From positions 30,920 through 94,919 of the forward strand of contig JBNGIO010006298.1 of NCBI GenBank assembly GCA_049999805.1: 64,000 nt of DNA. Direction: 5' to 3'. Source of the DNA: Folioceros fuciformis (lineage: Eukaryota). This document shows, piece after piece, positions 40,263 through 54,817 of the stretch. A model generated the notes under the pieces. That model did no database searches. It was given only the letters and a program-made list of their open reading frames with translations, and was not told where the DNA came from. A program made the translations under genes and the position numbers. Position 1 is the stretch's first letter. Every line of letters begins with the position of its first letter.

Positions 40263-40890
40263 CCGAGATGACAGGCAAAGCTACCAGCAGGTGCGGAAGT
40301 ACAACTCCTATCAAGAACAAGTATCCCTAACCACCTCAAAGAATTTTCAAGCAAGAGTTTCCCACGGGAGGAGGCATGGATCATCGTCTCCCATTCATTT
40401 TGCAATCAAGATTCAAGAACGGCTTGCACACATATGTCCTGTATGGATGTACTTAAAGAAGAGCGAATATACGCTACTGTGGAGCACATGTTCACATAAG
40501 AAAGTGGCCAGCCAGGCCAAGAGTGAGAACTTGGAACCTTGTTAGCAACCCAAATAGATCTCTTCCCGTCCATGTAACAATTAGTCGATTGGTTAATTAA
40601 AAATACATGATATACATGGCAGTCTCGCTGCCACCCATCAAAATCGGGATCGCAATCCTGACATGGTTTCCGACTAAGGAATGTTAAATCTGCAGCCAGA
40701 CTGCAACACACGAGTCAAGCAAGTCAAGGTCCCCTGTAGGCAGAGTATCGTGACCCATCTGTATCAACAGCTTATCTTGCGAGGAACAGTTCTGCTGCTT
40801 CTCTGAGACTTGCCAGAGCGCAGAGTCAATAAAAATGATAATTTCCACCCACGTTCCACCGAAGAATGAAGAACCTCCCACGAGAAAATC

Positions 40891-42405
40891 TTAAATGTCC
40901 CATCGCTTCTTTAATCTGAAAAGCACTATGGCTTCTTTCACATTATCCTGTGGCACTTGAACCATCAACTGAAGTTTGCACTTCCTTGGGGCTTGTTTCG
41001 CACCAAAGTCCTCTTTACCAATCTGATGTACGCATGAGTCCAACGAGTACGAGTCAGCTAAATGAGAAGAACAAAAAGTTTCCTCAGGACCAAGCAATTT
41101 TAAGAAGCCTGAATCAATGCTTACCCATAGGGACCCCCAACAAAGCCGGACTTCAGAATCATAACCGAGTTTCACTTTAAAATCCTCGTTCGGTTTATGT
41201 TTCAAGACGGCGCTCCATGCCGTGCTATCAAAATTGTAGACATAGCTGAGCCAAAGAAGAAGTAGAAGGTGAGACCAATCATGATGATGCGTGGACATCC
41301 GAAACCCATCATGGTAATGTGTGGACATCCGACAAAATTGCAATATACCTCCTTCCACAACAAATATTAATGCCTCTTTGCAACTCACCTCAGCTTATTC
41401 GCTCTTGTGAACTGTCTCTTAAAAGCAACGGACAGGGTTTTGGATGGCCACGAGACTTGGGGAGTGAGAGTCATCTCATCGTCCTGCGAAAGCAAAACCA
41501 TGCTAAGTTGTCCGGATGGCCGTGACAGACGATCAAAGGCGTCGGAAGAGAAATGGCAGAGTGTACCGGGACAGACGTCGTTCTACATGATGTGCCAAAT
41601 TCACCAACGCACCTTGAAGGTGTACTTGAAGTTGAGATTCTCCTCTCTATACTCAGCTACAAGGAGGCCATTCAGTGCTGAGCCTCCCACAAAGCCACTG
41701 ATAGAGAGGGCCTTGTCACTCTCCTCCTTCGACAAATCATCCTCGATCTTGATCTCCCCGTTCGGAAAAGAGAGGACCGCTTTGGGCTGGCCACACGAAG
41801 TCGGATCAAGCGATAAGCAACGCACAATGGCGAGTAGAAGCAAGGCTGCGCGAAGACAAGATGTGAAGACTTGCTCACCAATCCAGCTGGTGGGATGTCA
41901 CATGAAATTTCCGACTTGTACTTGAGATCGGCCGAGTTAGCGAACATTTTCAATTCTCCCTGCTGCGCCTGGGAGGAGGGAATCAAAATGCAAGAGGATG
42001 AGCCGAAAGGCACAAGATCCACACATTCATAACCCGTGGTATGGTCCCAGGGTTTGAGCAGAAACGAAAAAAAACATCTCGAGGAGCACTCACTTTGACG
42101 TCCCTCATGTATTGGAAACGCAGGTTGCGGCCGGTTTGCGCAGACACTGTCACAAGCGCGTTCCTGTCCTCGTGATCGTAGAGCACCGACAAGTACTTGG
42201 TCACAACTCCAAGAAGTGGGTAGCGGAAGTCTCCCGACGGCTCCCGCTGGAAGGAAGCCTTAAGCTTAGCGAGTCCGTTCAACACCTGCGCCGAGATCTT
42301 GTTCACAAACACGTTGTTTTCACTGTCATACTCGGTGGAGACCTTCATGGGAGGCACCTTCCTCCAGTGCAGGCCTGCTTCCGATCCCGACCTTCCCCAT
42401 GTCAT
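40891..42405 (-). CDS. OEP37: Chloroplast outer envelope pore protein 37, multi-exon
   Basis: PPMKVSTEYDSENNVFVNKIS...GLAKLKASFQ, DVK|AQQGE, PKAVLSFPNGEIKIE, LNFKYTFK, FKVKLGYDSEVRLCWGSLW, and the C-terminus KLQLMVQVPQD...LFRLKKRWDI*. Confidence 0.9.
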
Positions 42406-43616
42406 GGTTGCAGGCAGGCAGGCAGGCCCGCCAGGGAGGAAGGAAGGGAGCGAGGATGCCTGTTCTGCTCTGTCCTGTCCTGCCCTGCCCTTTCCTGCCC
42501 TGTACTGCGCTGTGATCAGAGCAGCCAATGTAGCATCCTTTCACACCGCGCTCCCCGCGACTGCCGCGTCCATCAAACTGCTGCCGCCGCGGCCATCTCC
42601 AGGGCAATGCGGTGTGGGGCGAGGCAGGGCAATGCCGTGCGGGCGGTGATCACACACCGCCGGTGCCACTGCCGCGAATACGCTGCTGGACGCAGTGCAG
42701 ACGCGGGAAACAGGGAAAGGAGGGTAACAGAGGCGAGCCAAAGCGGGAGCCAATGGCAGACAAAGGACCAGGGCAGAGGAAGAGCGGGAGGTGCAGCCCC
42801 GGGCAGTTCATGTGAAGAGCATTCAAAGGCTTTTCAAGGGGTAAGGGGTCAGTAAGGTGCAGGCTTTAGACGCACGGACGTCCACTGCGAGATGCTGACT
42901 GGCCCAAGATCCACTACGTTCTAAACCCTGTCTGCCTCCCGCCTTCACCGGCTCCATTTCCGACCTAGTTTTATTCCTCCACAGCGGCTGGCTGGTCTCC
43001 CGCCATCCATGCATTCTAGGATGTTGGTCTATATGGTTACACAACATACTAGGTCGACTTTCGTTTTCTCCTACATTCTGATGATGCTGACCCTACTCTT
43101 GTTCCTCTGTTGATGCCAGACGCCAGAAGTTGCCATAGCTACTCTCTTGCAGTAACGTGGTGCCATGGCATAGCTCGCACTGGCTGGCGGGAAGGAGAAG
43201 AACCCATGTGCTTCACATCACAGAAGCTCATCACACCACAACTCCCCACACGCTTACAACAAGCCTCCTCCCTGGAAGCCTTGGATTCCAAGCTCGTCTC
43301 AAGCTTAGTCCTAGAGAACTCGAGGTTAATGAGCCTGCTGTTTCATCCACGGCACTGGAATTGCAGGTGAACAGTTTCAATTATTTTACTGCTTCACTCT
43401 TCCTGCTATGGACGAATATATGGTGGAGGAAATTCCAATGATGTCCCTTGAAAATCTTGGATCATGGATAGAATGCTTGTACGTACCCTGGAAGGGATGC
43501 AGAGCCTGTGCTCGATACCGAGATTCAAACCATGCAGCTAGCTCGTTGTCCAATGCTTCAAGGGAGGGTGACCTTAACCACGCTATATTGTAACTACAAT
43601 ACATGTGTACAATTGT

Positions 43617-46600
43617 CTACAATTCAAGAGGTTCAAGAGCAAGCGCATGGCCTCCCTCAGAAACAGGGGTGAAAAGAAGTCTCTTGGCATGCTCCATGGG
43701 TGGGAGGGGTGTGAAGCCAGCGTGATCTCTGTAGAAGAAATGTATGGTCCTGGCCATGTGGAAAAACAGGTTCTTGTACGCGTGGGGACCGTTCGACCGT
43801 TGGCTCGTTATGCTTGCTTGTGTCAGCTCCTGCATGTTTGCATCTATTGTGTTGCGAAGATACTCCATCACCTCGTCTTCTGTCTTCTCAGGATGATTCC
43901 TCATGTAGTTGACAACGCTGTTGCTCCTCTGTGACACGGTCGGCTCTCCCTGCACAATGTCATGTAGAATCCTCATCAGGGTTCAGCTCATGAATCGAGA
44001 TTGCAGGGAGCAAACAAGCATCCGCTAGCCTGGGAAACGACTTTCAGTCGGAGAGCAGGAACTGTGGTTTGGTCATCAACCTGTTTGTAGGCACTGATGT
44101 CCTCAAGCAGGCGGCCAACAGCATTCAATTTTTGCGTCAGCGCCTTGAACTCGTCTCCTTCCAACACATCATCGCTCAACTCGTCACCCACAAAGAACAT
44201 GGCTGGCAGTACAACACGTGACAGACCGATTGCTGACTCCGCATTTCTTATGTATTCCGACCATTGGGGAACTCTGCCAGCTTTGGTCCACTCCAACTCC
44301 AACAATGTTGCCTCAATCCAGCTTTTGTACTGAAACCAAATTGGCCCAAGCAAACGTACTACCATCAGCATTTGACAATTTGTGTGACCGTAGCTAAGTC
44401 TCCAACTCGAGAAAAATGTGGACACGCAGGTACAAGTGTGAGGGTCTTACAGGGCCAATCAGATGCTGTGTGATGTCCCGGCCCTGCGTGACAAATGCTT
44501 CGGCTGCCATGGCGTTGATACTGGAGTGTAGACCCTTGAATATGATGCTTTGTCGCTGGTTTCCGATGTCGATGAGGGATGGATCCCAGCTGGGCACAAT
44601 ACGTCCGAGGCAACAAGGCAAATTAGTCTCTCAACACTACCATCACCTTACGAAGGGAGAATGCATTGACGAGGCTGCACCTGTCCACAGCAGCTTGGAA
44701 TTGCCGGAGCTCCTCGATGCTAATGTTTGTGTGGAAGTAATCGTACAGCAGGATGCCGGTGAGTACTCCACACTGGGCCCACACTCGGCGGGCGCTGCTA
44801 AGCTGAGGCTCATACATGTTAGCGGCCGCCGAGAAGAAGACCACCATCAGCCTTTCCTTTGAGACAGACACCTTCTCAAAATCGTGCTCCAAGCTCCAGC
44901 TGCATGCATGCAACAAGATAAAGGGGGATTCGTCAGAAAGAATGAAGAACGCCGACTGCCTACCCGATTGCAGATTCTCAGATGTTTGCCAGTACCGGAC
45001 AAGTTGCTCAAGCTCCTCCCGGTACTCCTGCTGCCGCAACAGGTAATCGGCCTTGGCAAGGGCCAGGAACGTCTCATTGTGAACATACGGCATCCTAATT
45101 AATGAATGCCAAATCCAACGTCGTCAGCACTCGAACCTCCACGAATTCGGCATGCTATCCTCAATCATGCCAGAACTGCAGGGTCACTTACTTGTACAAG
45201 GACTTGCCGATCCAAATATCATCGCTCCCGTAGTGATCGAGGTAAGCTCGCGTCTCAACACGGGGCAAGCTGGCATAGAAGGGGTACGTCAAAGCATACT
45301 CCACTTCCCCTGGAAGGTCCTTGGTGATGATCCACTTGTCGGAGATGTCGTTGGCCCTCCATTTCTCCTCAAGGAAGTTGCGTGTAAAGCTCCGAGCCGA
45401 CTGCAGGAGAGCCTCTCCAGGAAGCATCATCTGGGAGGCTCGGTGCAAATTGAACATGCCCGTGACTGCTGAATCGCTCTGGCCAGCAAAGCAGAAGAAC
45501 TCATCGTCCTTGTGGAAGGGCAGGAAGACGTCAGATGAGACGTCGTATCCGTGTTGGCGCAGGAGACGAAAGCCCATGGCCGTGTCATCCACGTCGCTAA
45601 TCACAGCCTCTCGAGCCCAAGCGATGCCGTTGGGTGCCCAGTTCTGGCACACGTAGTCCAGGCACACTTTGATCTCCTTCTGGAAGTAGTGTGCGATGCC
45701 CAGACGCTGAAGCCTGTCCACGATCCACATGTGCTCGAACAAGTCCACCGGGTACACATTTGGAACTGCACACACACACCCAGCACAGGGAGCCAGTGAG
45801 TCGATCCACCACTGGCTAAAAAAATGCAGGCGACGCAGCGATTCGATCATGATGATCAGCATAGTTCTACGCATGGGTTGAATCTGGTGATTGATGAAGA
45901 ATCGCACCTGCATTGTCAAATTGCTCCAGCACGTTGTTGAGATATTGGAGACATTTCTGGTCCCCAGTGTACATGAGCGCACAGGCGGTGGACGCAGGGG
46001 AACACAGGAAGGAGCCATCCTTGGATTGGAGCTTTAGAAGACGGTTCCAATCCACCAGGTCGCGGAGGCCCTCCAGGGAGTGCAGCAAAGTGCTAGGATA
46101 TTCATGCACAACCTCCATCGGGATCCTGATCAACACCAACAAATCATACCCCGCATTTAACCTTTGCATGCACTTGGCGAGCAGGAAAAGTTAAAATGCT
46201 GAAAAACAGAGCACACACACTAGACTCACTTCTTAAGCTTGCGCTCTCTTTCCACCAGGATTCTGTGTGTCATTGGGTGATCGTAAGGAAGGTCCAGTCC
46301 CAGCTTCTTGGCATCCTCCATCATGGCGGGAAAGACGATTTCGAATCCTATGGGCATGTGATCCTCTGGCTCGTCGGCAATCTTGTGAATGTTGTGAGTG
46401 ATGAATTCGCAGCCTGGATTGAGCTCACAGACAGCACCAGAATTGAGGTGAGGAAAAAACAAAGACATTTTGTGGCGTTCTCAGATGCGGATCTAAGTTC
46501 GTTTGTGTCATGAGTGAGTGACGATGCGACATGTTCACTGACCTCTCGTGACATTGGGAGCACCGATGTTCCAGGTCTTGAGCGCCACTACGCAGGCCAC

Positions 46601-47461
46601 CGTGTTCACGACACGATCGTAAGCAGAGAAGAGATCGAGCTCCCCCCAGGAGCCGTCGGCGATCTGGTTGTTCATGATCCACTCCAGAGACCTGGGGAAC
46701 TGCGGCTTCCCGGACCCGTCCAACGCCGGCACCAAAGCCACCCAGGCTGTGTCGTAGGCGCTGACAGATATCTGCCCGTCCCCCATGTTCCTGAACATGT
46801 CGCGGACAGCGGAGATACATTCCTCCACAAACTGAGGCGAGGGACACGACTCGGTGCGTAGGGCAAGGGAGGCCACGGAATTCTGCAACGACTCCTCATC
46901 ATCGACGGCCCGCCCGGAGCGCGATGCCGAGTCCGGGACTTTGGAGTCCAGCAGAGAAGATGCAGCTGCTACAAGCACATCGGCAGACAAAACCCAGGTA
47001 AGCCGCGCATCCTTCCAAGCGTGCCGACGAATTCCAAAACGTAAGGACTCGCTCAGCAGCTCGGGAGCCCCCGTGGCTACTCACCTGACGTCACCGGAGC
47101 GGCGTGCAGCTGGAAGCGCTTGGAGATGGATTCATCACCTGCGAATGCAATGTCAGTCAGCAGCAAGTGAACAACGGGATCGAAGCCCCAGGCTCCAAAT
47201 CATGGACATCGCAGCCGAGCGACCGAGCGAAGCATCAACGGCACAGAAATTAAGCACGGAAATACCTGCAGCTAGCTGTGCTGCCACTTGCTTGATTGCA
47301 AGACGCAGACGACGTGCCAGTTCCGGTGCGTTGAAGCTCCCGCGGCGGGTTCCGGAGGTGACCTTCCGCAAGCCGCTTTGGTAAGGCAGCGAGCTACCCT
47401 GATCATGAGCGTGTGGGGTGAGGAGTCCCGAGGCCCGCGCTGCTGCTGCTGCTGTTGCCAT
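43617..47461 (-). CDS. Diterpene synthase (gamma-beta-alpha domains), class II copalyl diphosphate synthase-like
   Basis: Transit peptide, ISVSAYDTAWVALVP, NQIADGSWG, HMPIGFEIVFP, LLHSLEG, QSKDGSFLCSPASTA, PNVYPVDLFEH, an intact DVDD (DxDD), and KWIITKDLPGEV. The class I DDxxD position reads YDYFH. Confidence 0.9.
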
Positions 47462-49009
47462 TGCGACAGCCGAGCTTCTCTTTTCTCCTCTCCTCTTCCT
47501 CCCCTCTCCTCTCTTGTCCTGGCTTCCTCTTGGAGCAGAAGAAGAAGAAAGATCTGATGGAAGCAACGATTGGGCCAGGCACTGCCGTACACACTCCGCT
47601 GTACAGTCTAGACAAGTAGCGGAGGGAGGAGCACGCGATGTGATGGCTGGCAACGGGCGCCGGGCAATTTTGCTCGGGCTCTTAGATTTGTACAGTTGGG
47701 CCTGAAGGATGCTTACAAACGGGCGCTCCTCTGCTGTCGGACCTGCGCGTGATGCTCCGAGGTCTGAAGCTGGTATGTGCGGTCTTGCTCTCCTGGACCC
47801 GTCTGCGGCAAGGATCCTCGCCCCTTATATACGCCAGGTCACGGTAGATGCCAGCCACCAACTTTGTCGAACGCCAATCATGCCACCTGCTCGCCTCTTG
47901 CCCTAACATTTCCTCGCATTGGCCACTGGTTTTCGCGCCAATCAGTATTTACCGGCGTCAAACGGATGGATGTACGTACAGTACTCGTAATTTTGTGGGC
48001 ACTGCAGCCATGTGTGGATCCAGTGTCCCAAGACTTGCTTCACGCACGTCCCTTGCGCACTAGCTCGGGATCGAAGTACGCATATACATTGCCCTCTCGG
48101 TGAATCTCCTCCACTCGGGTGTGTCGGTACATGGCTTACTTGTGGAACTCTTTGTTCTCAGGAATCACCATCGAGGAATTCTTCAGTTTTTGAATGCGAA
48201 AAGCCTTTAGCGCGAGTGCTTCTGAGGATTGCATCATCCTAGACCCAACGGGACCAGTCACACATCATGCTGAACACATCCTTTTTCAGCATCTATCACA
48301 TCACTTCACTACAAGACACCCAGATCCACATAGCCAGTCGCGTTCAAGCCAAAGGGTCCCTTGCGAAGGTCAAGCATGAATGGTTTCTTTACAGAAGAAG
48401 GGGTGCCCTCCTTCTCCAGCCATGGACATTCGTCATAGAAAACAAGGGGAGACAACCTGGGGAAGGCAGATTGAGAAGAGATGCATGAAAACCAAGCCGC
48501 ACAAAATGAATTCATTTGGAACAAGAAAACAAAAGGACATCAAGGACAAGTCTATATACTACGCACAAGCACATGGTTATTGGCACGGAAGGTAATTTTC
48601 TAAGGGGTGCGGGTTGATGGCATCCACTTCTTTCACGTTCCCACAGAAGCTGCTGCCGATTACCGTCTTGCTAGAAGACTGTAAGTACATACATCAGGAC
48701 ATCACCATAGGAACGATGGGCGACGAGCCGGACACGCTGTCAGCTGCTACGCCTCGGGCTCGTACAATTCAATTGCTTTTTGTTTATTTCCCTTCAATGA
48801 GAACTGCGATCCCGGCCCGGGTCCACGGGATTGACTGACGATTTAATCTTGCCGTCTTGAACACATGAAAATATTCTACACGCGGCATTTGCAGCTTGGG
48901 CGGCGCATGACCGCTCACCGGCCTGGACTATCTGACCGGCCAGGAGCATGCGCGGTACAACAACCTGGGCGCCGGTCTGATATGGTCGAACAAGCGCGAT
49001 CGCATCCCC

Positions 49010-51102
49010 TCAACCGGCCCTGCTCTTGGCCTTCAGTTGCTTCCGATACTCCCAGGGCGGCTGAGGGTCCGGAGAGGACCATAATCCCGCGCCCGACCGT
49101 CTGGCTTCTTGCTCCCACTGCAAATGCAAATGTGCCCTCAAAGAGTGTGTTTTCTGGGATCCTACTGGAGGGTGCTCAATCGCTGAGAACCTAGGGCACT
49201 GAAAAGAGGGTTTCGGCCTATGATCCCCAAAGCTCGTGGATATGCCGGACCGAAGGATCGCGCCTTCGCCTCCGGATGTGACGTAAAGGAACTTACTTGA
49301 GAAAATTCAGGTCGTTTGTCGTAGGCGACGTAGTGCCACACCCACCCCTTGCGCAGCAGAGCTTCCTGCATCGTCCCAGGGTCAGGAAAGGACACTCCAA
49401 GTCGCGGTGCATGTGCAATGACCTGAAACACCAGTACCTGGAGGAGCATGTTGTTGGCGTAAACGTCTGCCACGACTCGACCGTATTGGTCTGTGTTGTA
49501 TACTAACACTTCTAGTGGTTTCCCTGCCACAAGATCGGAAAAATATTGCTTCGATTGTAGCCCAAAAGGCATAGTCTTCTCAGGAGCGTCCACTCCCCTG
49601 CATGCCAGCAGCACCGTGAAATGAAGGCTGTGCGTTAGCATCCCACACCATCAGGCATGCACACGTTAGGCAGTGTGACCACCTTAGTCGAACTCGGTAC
49701 TTGTGGGCTAGAACCTCAGCCTGGCCAGCTGTGGAATCGAACACCCTGTCTCGGACCGTACCAAGATATTAGTGACCACAGGACCACATGAAGCATGATG
49801 GTTTTTCTTCTGTTGTTCAGCGGACAAGCAGGAAGACTACCATGGCTGGAAAGGGGTGAGGAAACCGACTTGTAGCCTGCTTGTTGTATTTGCTTTTGGG
49901 TGGCTTTCAGCGTCTGGAGGTCATTCTGCATCTGTGCTGTTCGCCTTGCAGCCACTGCCTGGAGAACGTTGTTTGGGACTGCTCCACTGGCGACGTCATT
50001 CTTTGCTTCGACGTAGACGGTCAGGGTGTCGCCATCTGTGACCTGGATGCTGTCAATCTGCACAGAATGGGGACTTGGGGATAAGGTATCTCAGATGTAC
50101 TCGCTGGTGCATCTTTACAGCCTGATGATCACACAAGCATAAAGCCCAAAACCTGTGCCTCACCGGGAGAGTGATGAGCTCATACTTCACGCCAGGTGGC
50201 AGCTGTCTGGGAGAGGGGGCAATGAAGGAGGGAAAGGAGGGAGCTGGTGCGGGCACCACTATGGTCGGGGCAGGAGGCTCCAGAGGTGGTGGAGAGTAGG
50301 GCGGAAGCGCATAGTATGCCAAAAGTCTCTGCCAGGCCAACAAGGCTGAGTGACTCATAACTTGAGGAGCAGTCTGCCAGCCCGAATTATGCCTATACAA
50401 ACAGCAGCAGCCGATGTCACCCATGGGTGAAGTATGCACTCTAGCCTCGCAAAATACCTGCAAATCAGCTCGACGATGACCTTGCAAAGTTTGCAGAATG
50501 AGACGTGATGCTTCTGCCGAATCACTGGGGGGTGGTTTGGACGACCTCCAGGCCACCAGTAGCTTTCCATACCTGCAAGGCCTGCACTGCTCAGTAAAAC
50601 TGCTGTAACCAAGATCTCGGAATGAGGATGGTACCCACACACTAGCTCATTACCAGAGAGCTTGAGCTTTCTTGCCTACTCTCACATGCTGACCCAGGCC
50701 CTCAGGCACCTGCAGTCAGGGACCACAAGAGGTGAGGGGGTCAGAGAACTGAGGAGCTTCAACATCTTGCTCTACTTGAAAGCACATGCACAAACAGCTG
50801 GAACACGATGCAGGAGTCATGGATTGTTCCATTCCATGCACCGAATCGTGGGGAACTGTCCCTCACTCAATGCGGACAACCTTACTACTACTGTCAGTCA
50901 GAAACTAGAGGATAGGAAGCAACACCGTGCCAGTCGCTTCAAAGTGAAAAAGATCCCTGGCAAAGGCTGCGAAGCCTGCTGTCTCGAGAGTCACGCCATG
51001 TGCCCCTACAGATCCCGCCTGGTGCATTGCGGCCCCTCCTTGGGGCCATGAAATCTTTTCACCCGAATGTACATCTTCTAGTCGTCTAAAGCAATTACCC
51101 AT
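49010..51102 (-). CDS. Ca2+-dependent staphylococcal-like nuclease (CAN1/CAN2 type)
   Basis: MGNC myristoylation/palmitoylation start, HGV...ARDLFHFE|VPEGLGQHV...KKAQA, VTDGDTLTVYV, RGVDAPE..MPFG, DQYGRVVADVY, GWVWHYVAYDKRPEF, and WEQEAR...GLW...PQPPWEYRK. Confidence 0.92.
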
Positions 51103-52939
51103 TCCACAATGTGTTTCTCACAGAGATCCCGTCAGTCTTTGTGCACTGTCCCTCCCCACATTCTAACCAGGCAAGGCAATGGCTACCCAGTCACTGTGTC
51201 ACATTCCTTAAGTCATCCCTCTGCAATGAATCGATCCTGTGAGTCAAATTCGGCAAAGCTCAGCCTATGGTCATAAAGATACGTGGAGGGGGGAATTGCG
51301 CTTAACTGGGAGCTGGGTTGACAGAAGAAGTTGCTGGGACATGACACAAGACATTGGCTAGCCGCCTTCTGCTCAGGATTTCAGAACGACGAGGGCCTGC
51401 TACAGCCCACAAAAAAGCAGCAAGTCCATTAGGCTCCATCGCCATCTTAACAGCTTGCCCACATTTTCCAAACTGCAAGGCGAATGTCGGATGGCGATCT
51501 CACGCAACAGCTCCGGCTAGCGCGATCCACCTGTCACCCGCCCGAAAGCTACCTCACCTCGCATTTGCCTCCCGTTGTGTCCTACCAAGAACCGATAAGG
51601 GGCCAACCAGGCAGGAACACTTTCCACAAATTTAAGCATCCCCCATTCAGGGAGTACGAAAAATGAGGACATTGTTAGATCTTTTCTTTGTAAACTAATT
51701 GAGCCTACGAGGGACATAATGGAAACCGAGAGATTGGTTGATATATCACTTGTAATTTACTCATAAGAATAGATCCATCTCCTCCTGTCAAATAGGGTCA
51801 TATACATACTTAGGACTTATTCATTTGCAAGAGGACATTCATAGAATTCTTCTTGCTACTAATAGGGATCAAGAAACCATTGAGTCTTCATTCTCTCTAT
51901 GCTAAAAGCAAAGCACATAATAGCTTAGCCAAGAGAAGCACAAATAAGCTTAGCTCATTGTGGACATTCTTCCTCTATTATTATTGCGAATCAAAATAGT
52001 CATAATCAAAGATGCGAATGAAAATGGTGGGAGTCAAAGCTATCAAGGAGCTAGCCCTCGCACAAGGTACACTCACTCTGACCTTGGCATATGTGATAAA
52101 TTGGACACAAGGTAGCACAATGGCCTAAAGTGAATGCTTATGGTGACAAATATGTTCTATTGAACCAGAAGAACGTGAAGCTCTAACATTATGGAAACAT
52201 TACCCACAAAGTGGAGCAATTTTGTGCTTATAAGGTTACACTTCGGGCCTCGTTGGACAAGTGATTACACATGTGCACCTTCCGCACTAGTTTTCTTTCT
52301 CTTCAAACTACTTCTCTTTCCTAGGCACAGTTTGACCCAAGGGCACCTAAGTGTCATTCTCAATGTCTTCAATTAAGTCTTTGGCCAGCCCTAGTTCAGC
52401 CCGAAGGACCTTCTCCTCCTCTCTATCGTTGAAACAATTGAAATTTCCCCTAGATAGGGAAAAGGTAGGGAGTCGAACTTAATGGCAATAACCAATCTTG
52501 GCACAACTTGCAAGTCTCCTACTGACATGACATCGATGGGTGATGATTTTGGCCCAATAATGACTTTTCCTTATGCATCCCATGGAGCAAAATGAGCTTC
52601 ACACTATTTGCCAAATAATTAATTTTCTAAACCAACATGCGGTTGATGATCATGTGTGCTACTACCCTTATCCTTTGGTCCAGTATATTGTGCATTAGCC
52701 ACATATTGGTAGCCTTGGTGGCCCCTAGCTGAAGTATGGCAACTCAAGCTTACTAAGTCAACTTAGTCCTCAACGATGGAGGGCATGTTACAACAACTTT
52801 GTTTCGTTGCAACTTCAGCACCAACTCTCTCAAGTCTAGTATCCTACAATCTTCAAGCATGTTCCTTAATTATTGTGGGGAATTGCTTGTGCATGAAGAT
52901 AACATTGGGCTATTTGGAATTTAAGGAGGAATATGAACT

Positions 52940-53330
52940 GGTAACTAATCCTTATTTTGAGTTTCAACGTTATGGGTGGTAAGGCATCTATCACCAAACT
53001 AGAAGAATTTGTGAACAATTTGATTGATGATGACCCTGTGTATGTGCACATTTTGAAGGATGGTTCATTTCAAATTAAGTTGAAGTCTATTGAGTAGGTA
53101 GATACTTTGGTGAGCTCGAATGGGTTGTTCAAGGATCATGTCCTTTAATCATTGAAAAGTGGGAAGCCCAAACTCAGCTAGATCGAGATGAACTTCGAGT
53201 GATGGTTTGTGTGGGTTTGACTACCTTGCCTCCACCCTCAATAGGGCAAAGGAGATGGTCGTGCAATTGGCTCGAGTTATTGTGACTCCAAATTCAACGT
53301 TGGCCTTGTACATGTCTCGCCCACTATGAT
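52940..53330 (+). mobile_element. Degenerate L1-type LINE ORF1 (DUF4283-like) remnant
   Basis: Broken translation VYVHILKDGSFQIKLKSIE*VDTLV / WVVQGSCPLIIEKWEAQ...VMVCVGLTTLP, with a stop and a frameshift, inside an AT-rich intergenic island (about 51650-54300). Confidence 0.5.
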
Positions 53331-54817
53331 GGGGCGTCAAAATCAAGTCATGTAGTAGGCCTTTTCAGGATAGGGAAAACTGGGCTAGCATGAGGCCCTC
53401 ATGGCACAACAATTACAAAGGGACTCTCGGCATCAATGGTAGTTGAAGAAATGGTCTTTAGCACTAGCCCTACACCATTCCCTCATGAACGCAATTCCAT
53501 GTACAATGTATCAGCCAAATGTTCTATTTGGTCTGCAGCCCAGCAAGCCAGATTGATTGCTAAGAAGATCATGGTGGCCTCCTCTTTGGAGTGTTACATT
53601 GTTTGGACTATGGTGAAACTAAATGAGAGTTGCGTATGGTTTGCTCAGTCCTTCTAGGAAAGTCATTTTATTTGTTGTCTAGGAAGTATTAGCTTTTGCT
53701 GGTTTAGGTTTAGTGGCTCGTAGGCCTTAGAAATTCAAGTTAACACAGTGGAAGGAGCCAAGTATCATCTATGGAGATGGAGGGGCTTCTATGGAGATGG
53801 AGGGGCTTACTGATTGCTATTTGCCTCTAGCTTCGAGAGAGATCAAACTAGTCCTGCTTCAATGTCTCTTGTGACTTAGCATGGAGAACAGTTGGTAGCC
53901 CACCACAACCAAGAGCCAAATCTGCTCCCGTTGTAAGTGAATAAATTGTACATATTGGGGAATTATTGAATCACCAAGGCTAGGATAGAGACAAGATTAG
54001 TGCATTAGGCCTAGGGGTTTAGGCTAGTTGGCTAGGTTGCCCTAGCATATAGTGGAGAAGCCTAGTATTATGATACAAGTAGTGAATGAACTCGAGATCT
54101 CACACTAGAAAAAAAATCCAAACACTATCTTCTAACTAAAAGGTCAATAAATCACATGTTCCAATTTCGGCAGGTCAGCCGATGTCTTTTAAGACTTCCT
54201 ATTTTGAGACCCCTCCTTTTCTGGTTGTCCTCAACAAGATGGGCTTTTAGCTCTGCTTTTCTTCAAATATTACTATGACAACGATATATTATTTTCATTA
54301 AGAATTCGTGAACACATCCATGCCGTAAATCTCGAAGCTTTCACAACCTTAACTTTCTCGTTGTCTCGAAGAGAAAAGGCTAGCCAGAACTATTCACATC
54401 TCCCTGCTTCATTTGCCAAATTTGGCACAAGCATCGTCGCACGTATTATAGACAGAGGAAGATAGGCAAAGGCCAACCGAATCGCAGGCTTCGGCGCCAT
54501 CCGAAACTGTTAGGGTAGCATGGTGCTTCCTTAGAGGAGGCTCCTCACACAGACCACCGTTGACTGCACAACTTCGATCCTGCAGAGGACGACGAAATGG
54601 TCCCGTTGCTCACAGCATTACTTCTTGGATCAATTTTGGATTCCGATTGATGATTTGTTTGATCACACCTGAGACAACGAGGACATCAGTAGCAAGATGC
54701 GACCGTTAAGAGGCAATGCAGTAGACTGTCCGCCAACCACTTGCCAGCAAAAAAACACCTGTTGCTGATGAGATCATCCTCCGAGGGAAATGTGAACTTG
54801 TCGTTGCTTAACTCCTA

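Noticed and set aside
43617-51102. Diterpenoid biosynthetic gene cluster
   Set aside because: No P450, KS or other tailoring gene nearby; the neighbours are OEP37 and a nuclease.
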